The notes under the pieces: generated by a model
Seen by the model: the letters and a program-made list of their open reading frames with translations, nothing else
Told to the model about the DNA's origin: nothing
The model's database searches: none
Origin: Gammaproteobacteria bacterium
GTDB lineage: Bacteria > Pseudomonadota > Gammaproteobacteria > Steroidobacterales > GCA-2729495
DNA length: 51,684 bases
Direction of reading: 5' to 3'
Assembly (NCBI GenBank): GCA_051008735.1
Contig: JBPCXH010000146.1
Location: 1-51,684, forward strand
Shown here: piece by piece, positions 8,804-17,448 of the stretch
Layout of the letters: the number at the start of each line of letters is the position of its first letter
Numbering within the stretch: the stretch's first letter is position 1
Made by a program: the position numbers and the translations under genes

Positions 8804-10075
8804 CTATAAAACCTCTACCAGCATCGCTTCGGCCTGCCCGTAAGCGCCGCAAATCGCGGCTATGCCGCGACCGCCGCCCCGCTCGCGCAGGGCATGGATC
8901 AGGTGCATCACAATACGGGCGCCGCTGGCGCCCAGGGGATGGCCAATGGCGATCGCCCCGCCGTGGATGTTAGTGCGAGCTTCCAGCTTATGCGCTCGCG
9001 CCGAATCACCGTCAGCGAGTTGCAGCAGACTGACCAGTACGGTGGCAGCATAGGCTTCATTAATTTCCAGCAGATCAAGATCATCCAGGGTCAGCTGGTT
9101 GCGTTTAAGCAGACTTTGGATGGCAGTGGCGGACAACCACGAAGAGGCGGTCAGGGGGCCGGCCACGGAGACGTAATCGCGAATCTGTCCCAGGGGTGTC
9201 AGCGCCAGGTCGCGGCTGAGACTCTCGTCAGCCAGGGCCAGAAACGCGGCGCCGTCAGACAGGCCCGGTGCGTTACCCGCCGTCACGGTCGGGCTACCGT
9301 ACAAAGTTTTCAGCTTTGCCAGGGAAGCTAACTGCAGTTCAGGTCGAGGATTCTCGTCCTTGGCCAGCTCCGGGAGGCTGCGTCGTTCCGGCTGAAAAAT
9401 ACCGCGCGCCTCGGCGGCAAAAAATCGCGCGTGACTTTGCAGGGCCCACTCATCCTGTGCCTGGCGAGTCACCCCGCGCGCCAGAGCTTCATCACCGGTG
9501 TAAGCCGCAATCGCTCGTCCCGCCTGGGGACTTTGCATTAACAAGAGGTCATGAATGGACTCGATCCCTGCCCAGGCAGCAGGGTCTCCCGGGCGAGTTC
9601 GGCGAACGCGGGGGGCCAGGCCGGGCGTGCGTGACAGGCTTTCGAAACCGCCCCCCAGGGATAGCTGCGCGCTGCCGGTTCGGAGCTTTTGCCAGGCCAG
9701 TCCCAGGGCAGTCATGCCGGAGGCGCAGGCGCGATCCACAGCAGTCGACGGCGTCGTGTCAGGTAGTGAACTGGTCAGCACCAACTGGCGCGCCGGGGCA
9801 TATATGCCGCCAGCCGCCATGCCCACGCCAACCTGCAGTTCATCAACCGGCGCGGCCGGTAAGTCTGCCAACAGCTGATCAATCACCCAGGCCGCCAGCT
9901 CGTGGCCCGCATATCCTGCCAGGGAGCCAAAAAAGCGGCCAAAGGGCGTACGCGCAGCGGCGACGATATGAATGGGCGACTGGGCGCGCAGGCTCTCGTT
10001 ATTCACGCCGCCAGTATAGCCGTCGCTTGCTGCCGCTCCGATCCAGGCGGAGGATATGAATCCTACGCAGATCAC
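8804..10075 (-). CDS. Acetyl-CoA C-acyltransferase (thiolase) family protein
   Basis: Thiolase motifs are present: [12 protein letters not shown] (nucleophile Cys), [20 protein letters not shown] and a C-terminal CG..GQ. The start is uncertain. The longest ORF starts at 10075, while a GTG at 9996 ([23 protein letters not shown]) fits thiolase N-termini better. Confidence 0.8.
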   Translation of the reverse strand: MICVGFISSAWIGAAASDGYTGGVNNESLRAQSPIHIVAAARTPFGRFFGSLAGYAGHELAAWVIDQLLADLPAAPVDELQVGVGMAAGGIYAPARQLVLTSSLPDTTPSTAVDRACASGMTALGLAWQKLRTGSAQLSLGGGFESLSRTPGLAPRVRRTRPGDPAAWAGIESIHDLLLMQSPQAGRAIAAYTGDEALARGVTRQAQDEWALQSHARFFAAEARGIFQPERRSLPELAKDENPRPELQLASLAKLKTLYGSPTVTAGNAPGLSDGAAFLALADESLSRDLALTPLGQIRDYVSVAGPLTASSWLSATAIQSLLKRNQLTLDDLDLLEINEAYAATVLVSLLQLADGDSARAHKLEARTNIHGGAIAIGHPLGASGARIVMHLIHALRERGGGRGIAAICGAYGQAEAMLVEVL

Positions 10076-10110
10076 GCTATTGGAAGAGCAGCCCGTCTAC
10101 GCTCCAGTTC

Positions 10111-10893
10111 ATGTCCAAAGGAAACGCATTACGAGTGACTCGCCAGCTCACCTTGGGCCTGATCGCTTTGGCCCTGCTGGGCGGCAGCTGGCTGGGACAA
10201 CGCCGGGCCACCAGCTGGGAGGAAACCCTCTGGGTCACGGTTTACCCGGTCGTTCACGGGGTCGAACCGGCAACCTCGGACTACGTCGCGGCGCTAAGCA
10301 GTGAGGATTTCGAGCCCCTGACGGGATTTGTCGCGGCTGAAGCCGCTCGCTGGGGCGTAGATATTGAGAAGCCGATGCGCATCGATCTGGGTCAGACCGT
10401 CGGCCTGCCGCCGGCCCCGCCGGCCGAGCCCTCGTTGTTTTCTGTCCTGGCCTGGAGTCTTAAGCTGCGCTGGTGGGCCTGGCGTGAGCTGGCAGACGCA
10501 CCGGGCCCAAGCCCTGACATCAGGCTGTTCGCCGTCTTTCACGACCCGGTCGCTGGCATCGCGCTGCCGCACTCCGTGGGTATGAAGGAAGGGCGTATAG
10601 GGATCGCCCATTTATTCGCCCACCGACGTATGCGCGGCAGTAATCAGGTGGTGATTGCCCACGAACTGCTCCATACACTGGGAGCCACCGACAAATACGA
10701 TCCCATGACCAACCGGCCTGTGTTCCCGGAAGGTTATGCGGAACCCGAGCTGCAGCCGCGCTATCCCCAGCGCTATGCCGAAATCATGGGCGGCAGAATT
10801 CCTGTCGCGCCGAAGTCGGCCGAGATACCCGCTGAACTGGCCGATACACGTATCGGCGACCTGACCGCATTGGAATTACGCTGGATTGAATGA
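10111..10893 (+). CDS. Membrane-anchored putative zinc metallopeptidase (HExxH)
   Basis: 260-aa ORF with one N-terminal TM helix (LTLGLIALALLGGSWL) and the motif HELLHTLGATDKYD. I do not recognise the family beyond the HExxH motif. Confidence 0.55.
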   Translation: MSKGNALRVTRQLTLGLIALALLGGSWLGQRRATSWEETLWVTVYPVVHGVEPATSDYVAALSSEDFEPLTGFVAAEAARWGVDIEKPMRIDLGQTVGLPPAPPAEPSLFSVLAWSLKLRWWAWRELADAPGPSPDIRLFAVFHDPVAGIALPHSVGMKEGRIGIAHLFAHRRMRGSNQVVIAHELLHTLGATDKYDPMTNRPVFPEGYAEPELQPRYPQRYAEIMGGRIPVAPKSAEIPAELADTRIGDLTALELRWIE

Positions 10894-10894
10894 C

Positions 10895-10921
10895 AAAAAA
10901 AACGGCCCGCTGAAGCGGGCC
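10895..10921 (-). terminator. Rho-independent terminator (minus-strand orientation) downstream of the FAD oxidoreductase gene
   Basis: The hairpin is ggcccgc-tgaa-gcgggcc (10904-10921). An A8 run precedes it on the plus strand, which gives a U tract after the hairpin on the minus strand. Confidence 0.75.
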
Positions 10922-11050
10922 GAACAGTGCGGGAGTAGCTTTGTTGTCGGAGTTGGTTATTGTCGGAATCGGTGTTGGAGACTGAGCTCAAAGAATAGGC
11001 TTGGGACAGGCTCATGACGTGATCCTGCCTTGAGAATTTATTCGCTCGCT

Positions 11051-12166
11051 CTATCGGAAACCTGCAACAAAACGACGGTCAAGCCAGTCCTTCCAACGCC
11101 AGATCCAGGCACCCTGTGCTGTCCAGCCTCCGCGGGCCGCGACAGCATAGCGATCACCGGTACTGATGAGGGTCAGAAACCGAACCTGCGGGCGATACCC
11201 GAGCAGGGGCTGCCCAAGAGCGGCTCGTGACAGATTTTCAGCCAGAACCGGGCCCTGCCGAACCGCGTAAACGCCGGCTTTCGGCAAGGGACGGCTGTCA
11301 AAACTGGCGACGTCACCGGTCGCGAAAATACGCGGATGAGACATGCTGCGAAGCTGATCATCCACACGAATAAATCCCGCCGCATCTGTTGCCAGTCCGG
11401 CTGCGGCAGGCCATGCGGGCGCTTTGCCCGGTGTGACCCACAAGATCTCATCGGCGCTGATAATCTGCGCCGCGCTTGTTTCCAACCCACCGGCGCGGGC
11501 GGCAGCCACCCGGGTGTGGGTGTGCACCTCGATTTCTCGCTGCGCCAGAATGCGGGCCAGACGCTGACCCAGTCCGTGCGTATGCTCGGGCAACAGACGA
11601 GGGGCTGCATCAATCAGCACCAGCCGCAGCTGTCCACACCCCTCGACGCGACGCAGCCGATAATCAATAGCCAGGGCCAGCTCCACGCCCCCTGCACCGG
11701 CGCCCACTATTGCCAGGCGAAAAGGCCGGTTTGATGAAGCAGCCAGTCGCCTGAGCAGCTGATCCCAGCGCGGCAGAAATTCGCCGATGGGTTTGACGGG
11801 AATGCCCCGACTTCCGGCTCCGTCAATCGATTCCAGTGACGGTGTGGAGCCGCTGTTCACAGACAGCAGATCCCAGGTTTTCGGCGCACCGGATTGACAG
11901 TGTAAGACCCCCGCATCCGGCTCCAGCGCTGTGACCTGATCCTGCAGAAGCTCTGCGCCCGCGGCCGAGCACAGGCGGGCCAGATCGAGATGGGCTGCAG
12001 AGGCCGGATAGTGGCCGGCTATGACCCCCGGCAGCATGCCCGAATAGGGCGTGAACAGCTCCGGACTGATAACGCACAGTTGCAGGCCGGCCCGGGGCCG
12101 ACGAGCGAAAGCTCGCAGGGCTTCCACATGGCTATGACCGCCGCCGATCAGGACGACGCGGGTCAT
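11051..12166 (-). CDS. FAD-dependent pyridine nucleotide-disulfide oxidoreductase
   Basis: 371-aa ORF. It has an N-terminal VVLIGGGHSH dinucleotide fold, a second IVGAGAGGVELA Rossmann motif and a C-terminal ATGDVA motif. Confidence 0.85.
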   Translation of the reverse strand: MTRVVLIGGGHSHVEALRAFARRPRAGLQLCVISPELFTPYSGMLPGVIAGHYPASAAHLDLARLCSAAGAELLQDQVTALEPDAGVLHCQSGAPKTWDLLSVNSGSTPSLESIDGAGSRGIPVKPIGEFLPRWDQLLRRLAASSNRPFRLAIVGAGAGGVELALAIDYRLRRVEGCGQLRLVLIDAAPRLLPEHTHGLGQRLARILAQREIEVHTHTRVAAARAGGLETSAAQIISADEILWVTPGKAPAWPAAAGLATDAAGFIRVDDQLRSMSHPRIFATGDVASFDSRPLPKAGVYAVRQGPVLAENLSRAALGQPLLGYRPQVRFLTLISTGDRYAVAARGGWTAQGAWIWRWKDWLDRRFVAGFR

Positions 12167-12305
12167 CGCGGACTGGCAGCGACGTCCACCCGCCGCCGGG
12201 AAAACGGCTGTAAGCCCGGGAATCGACCTTTTGCAGAAGCCATCATATTGTTATGCTTATATAACCTTTTAACACTCACCGACCCGCGCGTGGAGGATAC
12301 CCGCC

Positions 12306-13181
12306 ATGGCTGAGCCACAGACCGCCGTCGATTCATCCCAGCTAGATATCCGACCCCTGACCGGCGCTCTGGGCTGCGAAATTCTCGGCGTCGACCTGGC
12401 CAATCTTGATGAAGGGACCTGGAAGGCAATCTATCAGGCCTTTCTGGACTACTCCGTCGTCGTGTTCCGGGATCAGGAACTGGACGAGGTCAGCTTTCGC
12501 GACTTTGGCCTGCGTTTCGGCAAGCTGGAGGACGAGCCCTTTCTTCCTAATAAGACGGAAACGCCCGGTATCTATTACTTTGCCGGGGCCGGCGGCACCA
12601 AGAAACTGTCCACCCAGAACCTGGGCTGGCATATGGACCACAGCTATCAGAAAAACCCCAGCCTGGGCGCTGCTTTGTATGCCCTGGACGTACCGGCCAC
12701 CGGGGGCGATACGCTCTTCTCCAGTCACTACGTGTCTTATGAGTACCTGTCAGACATGATGAAAGAGTTTCTGGAGGACAAAATTGCGATCCATGATGTC
12801 CTTCAGTACGGCATGGACTCCGGGCATTACGCCATTTCCTCAGCCGAGGCGCTGGAACGCCTGGCCAAGACCCGCGTTAAATTCCCACAGGTAGAGCATC
12901 CCCTGATCTGCACGCACCCGGAAACAGGGCGCAAGATGCTCTATATCAACAAGGCCTGGGCCACGGCCATCAAGGGCCTGCATGGCGCGGAAAGTAAAGC
13001 CATTCTGGACATGCTTAAGGTCCATTCTCTGCAGGATCGCTTTCAGTGCCGGGTCCGATGGCACAACAAGTCCGTGTTGATCTGGGACAATCGATGCGTG
13101 CAACACAGCCCCAATGTGGATTACGAAGAGCCACGAAAAATGCTCCGCCTGGCCATGCACACGGACTGGATCCCGTCCTGA
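12306..13181 (+). CDS. TauD/TfdA family Fe(II)/2-oxoglutarate dioxygenase
   Basis: 291-aa ORF with GGAGGA upstream. It has WHMDHSY (H-x-D facial triad), GGDTLF and a late WDNRCVQH motif. Confidence 0.85.
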   Translation: MAEPQTAVDSSQLDIRPLTGALGCEILGVDLANLDEGTWKAIYQAFLDYSVVVFRDQELDEVSFRDFGLRFGKLEDEPFLPNKTETPGIYYFAGAGGTKKLSTQNLGWHMDHSYQKNPSLGAALYALDVPATGGDTLFSSHYVSYEYLSDMMKEFLEDKIAIHDVLQYGMDSGHYAISSAEALERLAKTRVKFPQVEHPLICTHPETGRKMLYINKAWATAIKGLHGAESKAILDMLKVHSLQDRFQCRVRWHNKSVLIWDNRCVQHSPNVDYEEPRKMLRLAMHTDWIPS

Positions 13182-13320
13182 AAAAGCGGCCCGCGCGCTG
13201 TTCTCCATTGCCTCGAGGAATTATTTTCCATATAAATCAGATGCTTGAGAAGCAACTCTGGTTCGGGGCTGCCTCGTGGCTCAAAATGATGGGTATGAGC
13301 TTCTGAGTCAGTGAAACCGC

Positions 13321-14454
13321 ATGCCCCTGAGAAACGAAAAGTACTCCAGTAAGGTCACGGGGATGGCCCGTGGTCCAGTCTGGGCAAAACAGAATACAAA
13401 TGGGGTATCTATGAAAGCTCGTAAAGAAGCCGCCGACGGACAGGCTGTTATCAGTCCGGTCGTGGCCAAACTCGCGGCCAAACTGCCGCCAGTGGAAGAC
13501 GCGCGCTTCAGTTTGTATAAAACGCCCGAAGGCTACCGGGCGATCATGAACTGGTACGACGATGCCCTTGAGATGATCCACTGCGATTATGAGTCGCAAT
13601 TCGTCAAGACGCGCTTCGGTCACACACACATGATTGTTGCCGGCGATCCGGAGGCCGAGCCCCTGATTCTGATTCCGGGTGTCGCGGGTTGCGCGCCCCT
13701 GTGGCATCGACAGATACCGGCCCTGGCTGAACATTTCCGCGTCTATGCCCTGGACATTGTCGGCCAGCCGGGCCGCAGTGATCCCTACCCCCCCTCATTT
13801 CTGAACGATGACTACAGCCAATGGCTGTGCGATGTGCTCGATGGGTTGCATATTGATAAAGCCCATTTCGCCGGCACCAGCGTCGGCGGCTGGATCGTCA
13901 TGAAGATGGGCATGCAGGCGCCCGAGCGGGTCAAAAAAATTGTGATGCTCAGCCCCACCGGTGTGTCGCGCGCCCGATTGCCGGTGAAGATCTGGCTGAC
14001 CAAGGTGCTGAACAAGAAAAAAGACGCCAATGAACTTGAAAGCGACCTGACAGCGAAATCGGTTTCATCACGCAGCCCGGGTGACGGCAAAACCTTTGAT
14101 CGACAGCTGGCGCGCCTGATGGCCTTGTGCACCCGCCATTACCGAGTGGATCGTTCCGTCGGGGTCTATAACGAGCAGACTCAGAAGGTGAGCCTGGGGA
14201 CAGGCCTGCGCGTATTGAGGAAGTTTTTCCTGTCGGAACCCAAACGCGAGCTTAGAAAAATGAAAATGCCCAGCCTGCTGGTATTCGGCGAACAGGAAAC
14301 GCTTTATAACCCTATACCTATCGTCAAGCGGGCGAAGAAGATCATTCCACACCTGGAGACAAATATCGTCGCCGGTGCCGGACATGCCGCGATCTATGAT
14401 CGGCCCGAGGATGCCAATCGGATCATTATCGATTTTCTGAGCAAGTCGGCCTGA
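13321..14454 (+). CDS. Alpha/beta hydrolase fold protein
   Basis: It has the GTSVGG nucleophile elbow, LIPGVAG and a late GAGHAA motif. The start is uncertain: alternative ATGs at 13363 and 13411 would remove an atypical N-terminal extension. Confidence 0.75.
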   Translation: MPLRNEKYSSKVTGMARGPVWAKQNTNGVSMKARKEAADGQAVISPVVAKLAAKLPPVEDARFSLYKTPEGYRAIMNWYDDALEMIHCDYESQFVKTRFGHTHMIVAGDPEAEPLILIPGVAGCAPLWHRQIPALAEHFRVYALDIVGQPGRSDPYPPSFLNDDYSQWLCDVLDGLHIDKAHFAGTSVGGWIVMKMGMQAPERVKKIVMLSPTGVSRARLPVKIWLTKVLNKKKDANELESDLTAKSVSSRSPGDGKTFDRQLARLMALCTRHYRVDRSVGVYNEQTQKVSLGTGLRVLRKFFLSEPKRELRKMKMPSLLVFGEQETLYNPIPIVKRAKKIIPHLETNIVAGAGHAAIYDRPEDANRIIIDFLSKSA

Positions 14455-14486
14455 GCCGCTCAAAAGAACGCTGCGGAGGCAGACCC

Positions 14487-15095
14487 ATGAAACTGAATCT
14501 TGATCCGACAAACCGGATTTTCTTTGTCCTGATTGTGAGCCTGATGCCAGCGGCGGTATTCGCTCATGAGGGCGCCAGCCTGCCCTATGGGTCATTTCTG
14601 GCGGGACTGACCCATCCTGTGCTGGGTGCTGATCATTTCCTTGCCATGGTCAGCGTCGGGATTGTCAGCGCGCAAATCGGCGGCCGGGCAATCTGGACCG
14701 TTCCGGCGACTTTCGTCGGTGTCATGGCCTTCGGCGGCCTGCTGGGCTACATGGATATTGGCATGACAGCGATCGAAGCTGGCATAGCCATCTCAGTGCT
14801 TGCCCTGGGTCTCGCCATTGCGGCTGATCGGCGGCTACCGATTTCACTGGTTATGACGACCGTTGGCTTCTTCGCTATTTTCCATGGTTATGCGCACGGC
14901 GCGGAAATGCCCACGGTGGCCAACGCTGTTACCTATTCGCTTGGCTTCATGGCAGGCACCGCCGCGCTGCATGTTGCCGGCGTAATCATCGGCGATATCT
15001 CGCAGCACTATCAGACAGGCAAGCTGATGCTGAGATTTAGCGGAGCAGCCATCGCAGCGACAGGCGCCTACTTCCTGGCCGGCACCGCCGCCTGA
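14487..15095 (+). CDS. HupE/UreJ family metal (Ni/Co) transporter
   Basis: GGAGG lies 8 nt upstream. It has a signal-like N-terminus, the HupE/UreJ signature GLTHPVLGADHFLAMVSVGI and a later FHGYAHG motif. Confidence 0.85.
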   Translation: MKLNLDPTNRIFFVLIVSLMPAAVFAHEGASLPYGSFLAGLTHPVLGADHFLAMVSVGIVSAQIGGRAIWTVPATFVGVMAFGGLLGYMDIGMTAIEAGIAISVLALGLAIAADRRLPISLVMTTVGFFAIFHGYAHGAEMPTVANAVTYSLGFMAGTAALHVAGVIIGDISQHYQTGKLMLRFSGAAIAATGAYFLAGTAA

Positions 15096-15119
15096 TCTGA
15101 GCACCGGGGCACCAAGATA

Positions 15120-15803
15120 ATGAGTACAAAACTGAAACTCGGACTCTGGGAGGCAGGTTGTGTCCTTTTTATCTGCGTAGCAGGATCACTGCTGCATTTC
15201 GCCTTTGAACTCAGCGAATTCTGGACACCGCTGGCACTGATTGCAGCAGTCAACGAAAGTGCGTGGGAACACTCCAAGATGTATTTCTGGCCCGGGCTGC
15301 TTTACGCCGTTGTGCAATACACTTACGTGCGTAATGAGGCTAACAACTACTGGCTGGGGAAAGCCATGGCCCTGGCGATCACGCCCATCGCGATCTTCAG
15401 CACTTACTACGCTTATATGGCCTTTGTCAGTTTCTCTGACGCCAAAGCTTCACTGCCCATCATGCTGGGCATCATGGTTTTCGGCATCAGTTTTGGCCAG
15501 TTCATCAGCTACCGGATTCTGACTGCTGAGCCCATGCGCCCGCAGTTAAGGCGATATGCCCTGCCGGCTTATGCCGTGCTAATCGGCATGTATTCCAGCT
15601 TCACTTTCTTCCCGCCCAAAGTGTTCCTGTTCGAAAACTTCTACTGCTACCAGTACACGGGCGACTACGGAATCCTGCCCGACTACGAGGCCTATCGAGT
15701 GTTTACGCGCCCCGGTGATGAAGCCGAAGGCGGTGGCGTGAACTATTGCGAAGGCGTTGTCGTGAGCAGCCTGGATAAAGAACGCGTCACAGCACTGCGT
15801 TAG
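15120..15803 (+). CDS. Multi-pass membrane protein, DUF6512-like
   Basis: 227-aa hydrophobic ORF. GSLLHFAFELS...AVNESAWEHSKMYFWP resembles the DUF6512 family signature as I remember it. Confidence 0.6.
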   Translation: MSTKLKLGLWEAGCVLFICVAGSLLHFAFELSEFWTPLALIAAVNESAWEHSKMYFWPGLLYAVVQYTYVRNEANNYWLGKAMALAITPIAIFSTYYAYMAFVSFSDAKASLPIMLGIMVFGISFGQFISYRILTAEPMRPQLRRYALPAYAVLIGMYSSFTFFPPKVFLFENFYCYQYTGDYGILPDYEAYRVFTRPGDEAEGGGVNYCEGVVVSSLDKERVTALR

Positions 15804-15829
15804 ACCACGCAGGACGGCACCAAGGCAGT

Positions 15830-16279
15830 TCAGGCAGGCTCCGCCGGAAGCTGCTTGCGCATGATCCCGCCCGCGATCACCGTCCCGATGCCTATACACA
15901 AGGTATCGGCCGTCGCGGCACCCATCAGCGGCACCCAGTTCACCGCACCCCAGCCCGATAAAAAGGTATAGGTGCCAAAGAATCCCGGCAGACAAATCAG
16001 CAAAGTCGCCACGACCGCGCGGCCGAACCACCCGGCAGGCCGTCGCAGCACAATCAGCAGAGCAACGGAAGCCAGCAGGTGGGGCAGAAAGCCCACCGTC
16101 ATTTTCAGAATATTGATGCCGGCTGCGCCGTCCTCACCCATGCGCATAAAGCCATCGAATAGCGGCGTCGCCCAGGGATTGAGAATAAAGGCTGCAATGG
16201 CCCAGTTCAGATTGCTGGCCACCAGGAATCCGGCCACGGTAGCCCCGAGAATTCTCGGCCAGTGCAAACTTGCAGACAT
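15830..16279 (-). CDS. Hypothetical 4-TM membrane protein
   Basis: 149-aa ORF with four hydrophobic segments. I recognise no family. Confidence 0.55.
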   Translation of the reverse strand: MSASLHWPRILGATVAGFLVASNLNWAIAAFILNPWATPLFDGFMRMGEDGAAGINILKMTVGFLPHLLASVALLIVLRRPAGWFGRAVVATLLICLPGFFGTYTFLSGWGAVNWVPLMGAATADTLCIGIGTVIAGGIMRKQLPAEPA

Positions 16280-16307
16280 CCCTATCTCCCTTGATAAATA
16301 ATCGGCT

Positions 16308-17330
16308 TCAGGCTGCGCGCACGCCCGTCATTTCTTCAGAGACTGTCCACAGACGGGCGGCGAGCTCCGGGTCTTCCATGCGGGGATCCGGGACGACGGG
16401 ATTGCAGTCAGCAAAGTAGTAACCCGACATACCCTCCACTAAGGGACTGGCTGCCACATAGGCACTGGTCGCCGCTCCTTCAGGCACATCCTTCATGAAG
16501 GTCCAACCCAACAGATCGGCAAAGAATGTCTGCCACTTCGGGAAATGGCGGCCAAGATTCGTATTGATAATGCCCGGATGAACGGCATTCGCTGTGGCGC
16601 TGGTCTCTTGCAGCCGCCGTGCCAGCTCGAAAGCGAACAAGCCGTTGGCCAGCTTCGACTGCCCGTACATCTGCATCGGGTCGTAGTCACGCTCGCCGCT
16701 GAGATTATCGAACTGGATTCCGCCGTCAGGCGCCCATTGGTGGCCGCTGCTGCTGAGCACCACAATGCGCCCGGCCGGCGCGGCTTTCACACGATCCAGT
16801 AATTCGACCGTCAGGGCAAAATGACCCAGGTGATTCACAAAGAACTGGCGCTCAACGCCATCAACCTGTTCCAGCTCAGGCAAGGCCATGATTCCGGCAT
16901 TCAGAATCAACATGTCGATGGGGGTATCCATTTCGCGCACCTGCTCGGCGCAGCTGGCCACGGAATCCAGATTAGATAACTCAAGTACGGCAGGAGTGGC
17001 CAGGCCGCCGGGGATACTTTCGCAGGCCGTATCCGCCTTCTCGGCTGTCCGCCCGGTGCCGATTACCTTGGCACCGCGCATGGCCAGCACCCGCATGGTT
17101 TCATAGCCCAGGCCGGAATTGGCGCCGGTAATCAGGGCTGTCTTCCCCGTGAGATCGAGCCCCTGAGTGACCTCTTCCGCCGTGGATTCAGGACCAAAAG
17201 GACCCAGCGCTACGCCCGGCGGGCTGACATTGGCGTCGGAACCCGGCTCTGAACAAGCCGTCAATGCGGCGGCGGCTGCCACGGAGGATGCGCCCGCCAG
17301 AAAGCGCCGACGATCAATGGGTGTGGTCAT
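16308..17330 (-). CDS. SDR family oxidoreductase with twin-arginine signal and lipobox
   Basis: The N-terminus MTTPIDRRRFLAGASSVAAAAALTAC combines a Tat motif with a lipobox Cys. SDR motifs are TGANSGLG, NAG and YGQSK. Confidence 0.85.
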   Translation of the reverse strand: MTTPIDRRRFLAGASSVAAAAALTACSEPGSDANVSPPGVALGPFGPESTAEEVTQGLDLTGKTALITGANSGLGYETMRVLAMRGAKVIGTGRTAEKADTACESIPGGLATPAVLELSNLDSVASCAEQVREMDTPIDMLILNAGIMALPELEQVDGVERQFFVNHLGHFALTVELLDRVKAAPAGRIVVLSSSGHQWAPDGGIQFDNLSGERDYDPMQMYGQSKLANGLFAFELARRLQETSATANAVHPGIINTNLGRHFPKWQTFFADLLGWTFMKDVPEGAATSAYVAASPLVEGMSGYYFADCNPVVPDPRMEDPELAARLWTVSEEMTGVRAA

Positions 17331-17448
17331 AGTTCAGGCCTCTGAGCGTAAATCGATGCGTAGTCTAGCCCCAACCCAGCCAGCTTCGCCAACTGAGGTC
17401 GCTCAGGTTTCCCTTGGTCAGAAGGCAAGCCACCGCTAGGATTGCGCC

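Noticed and set aside
13182-14486. Cobalamin or NiCo riboswitch controlling the HupE/UreJ transporter.
   Set aside because: I read both candidate leaders and found no B12-box-like or conserved riboswitch core sequence. I cannot exclude one without a covariance-model scan.
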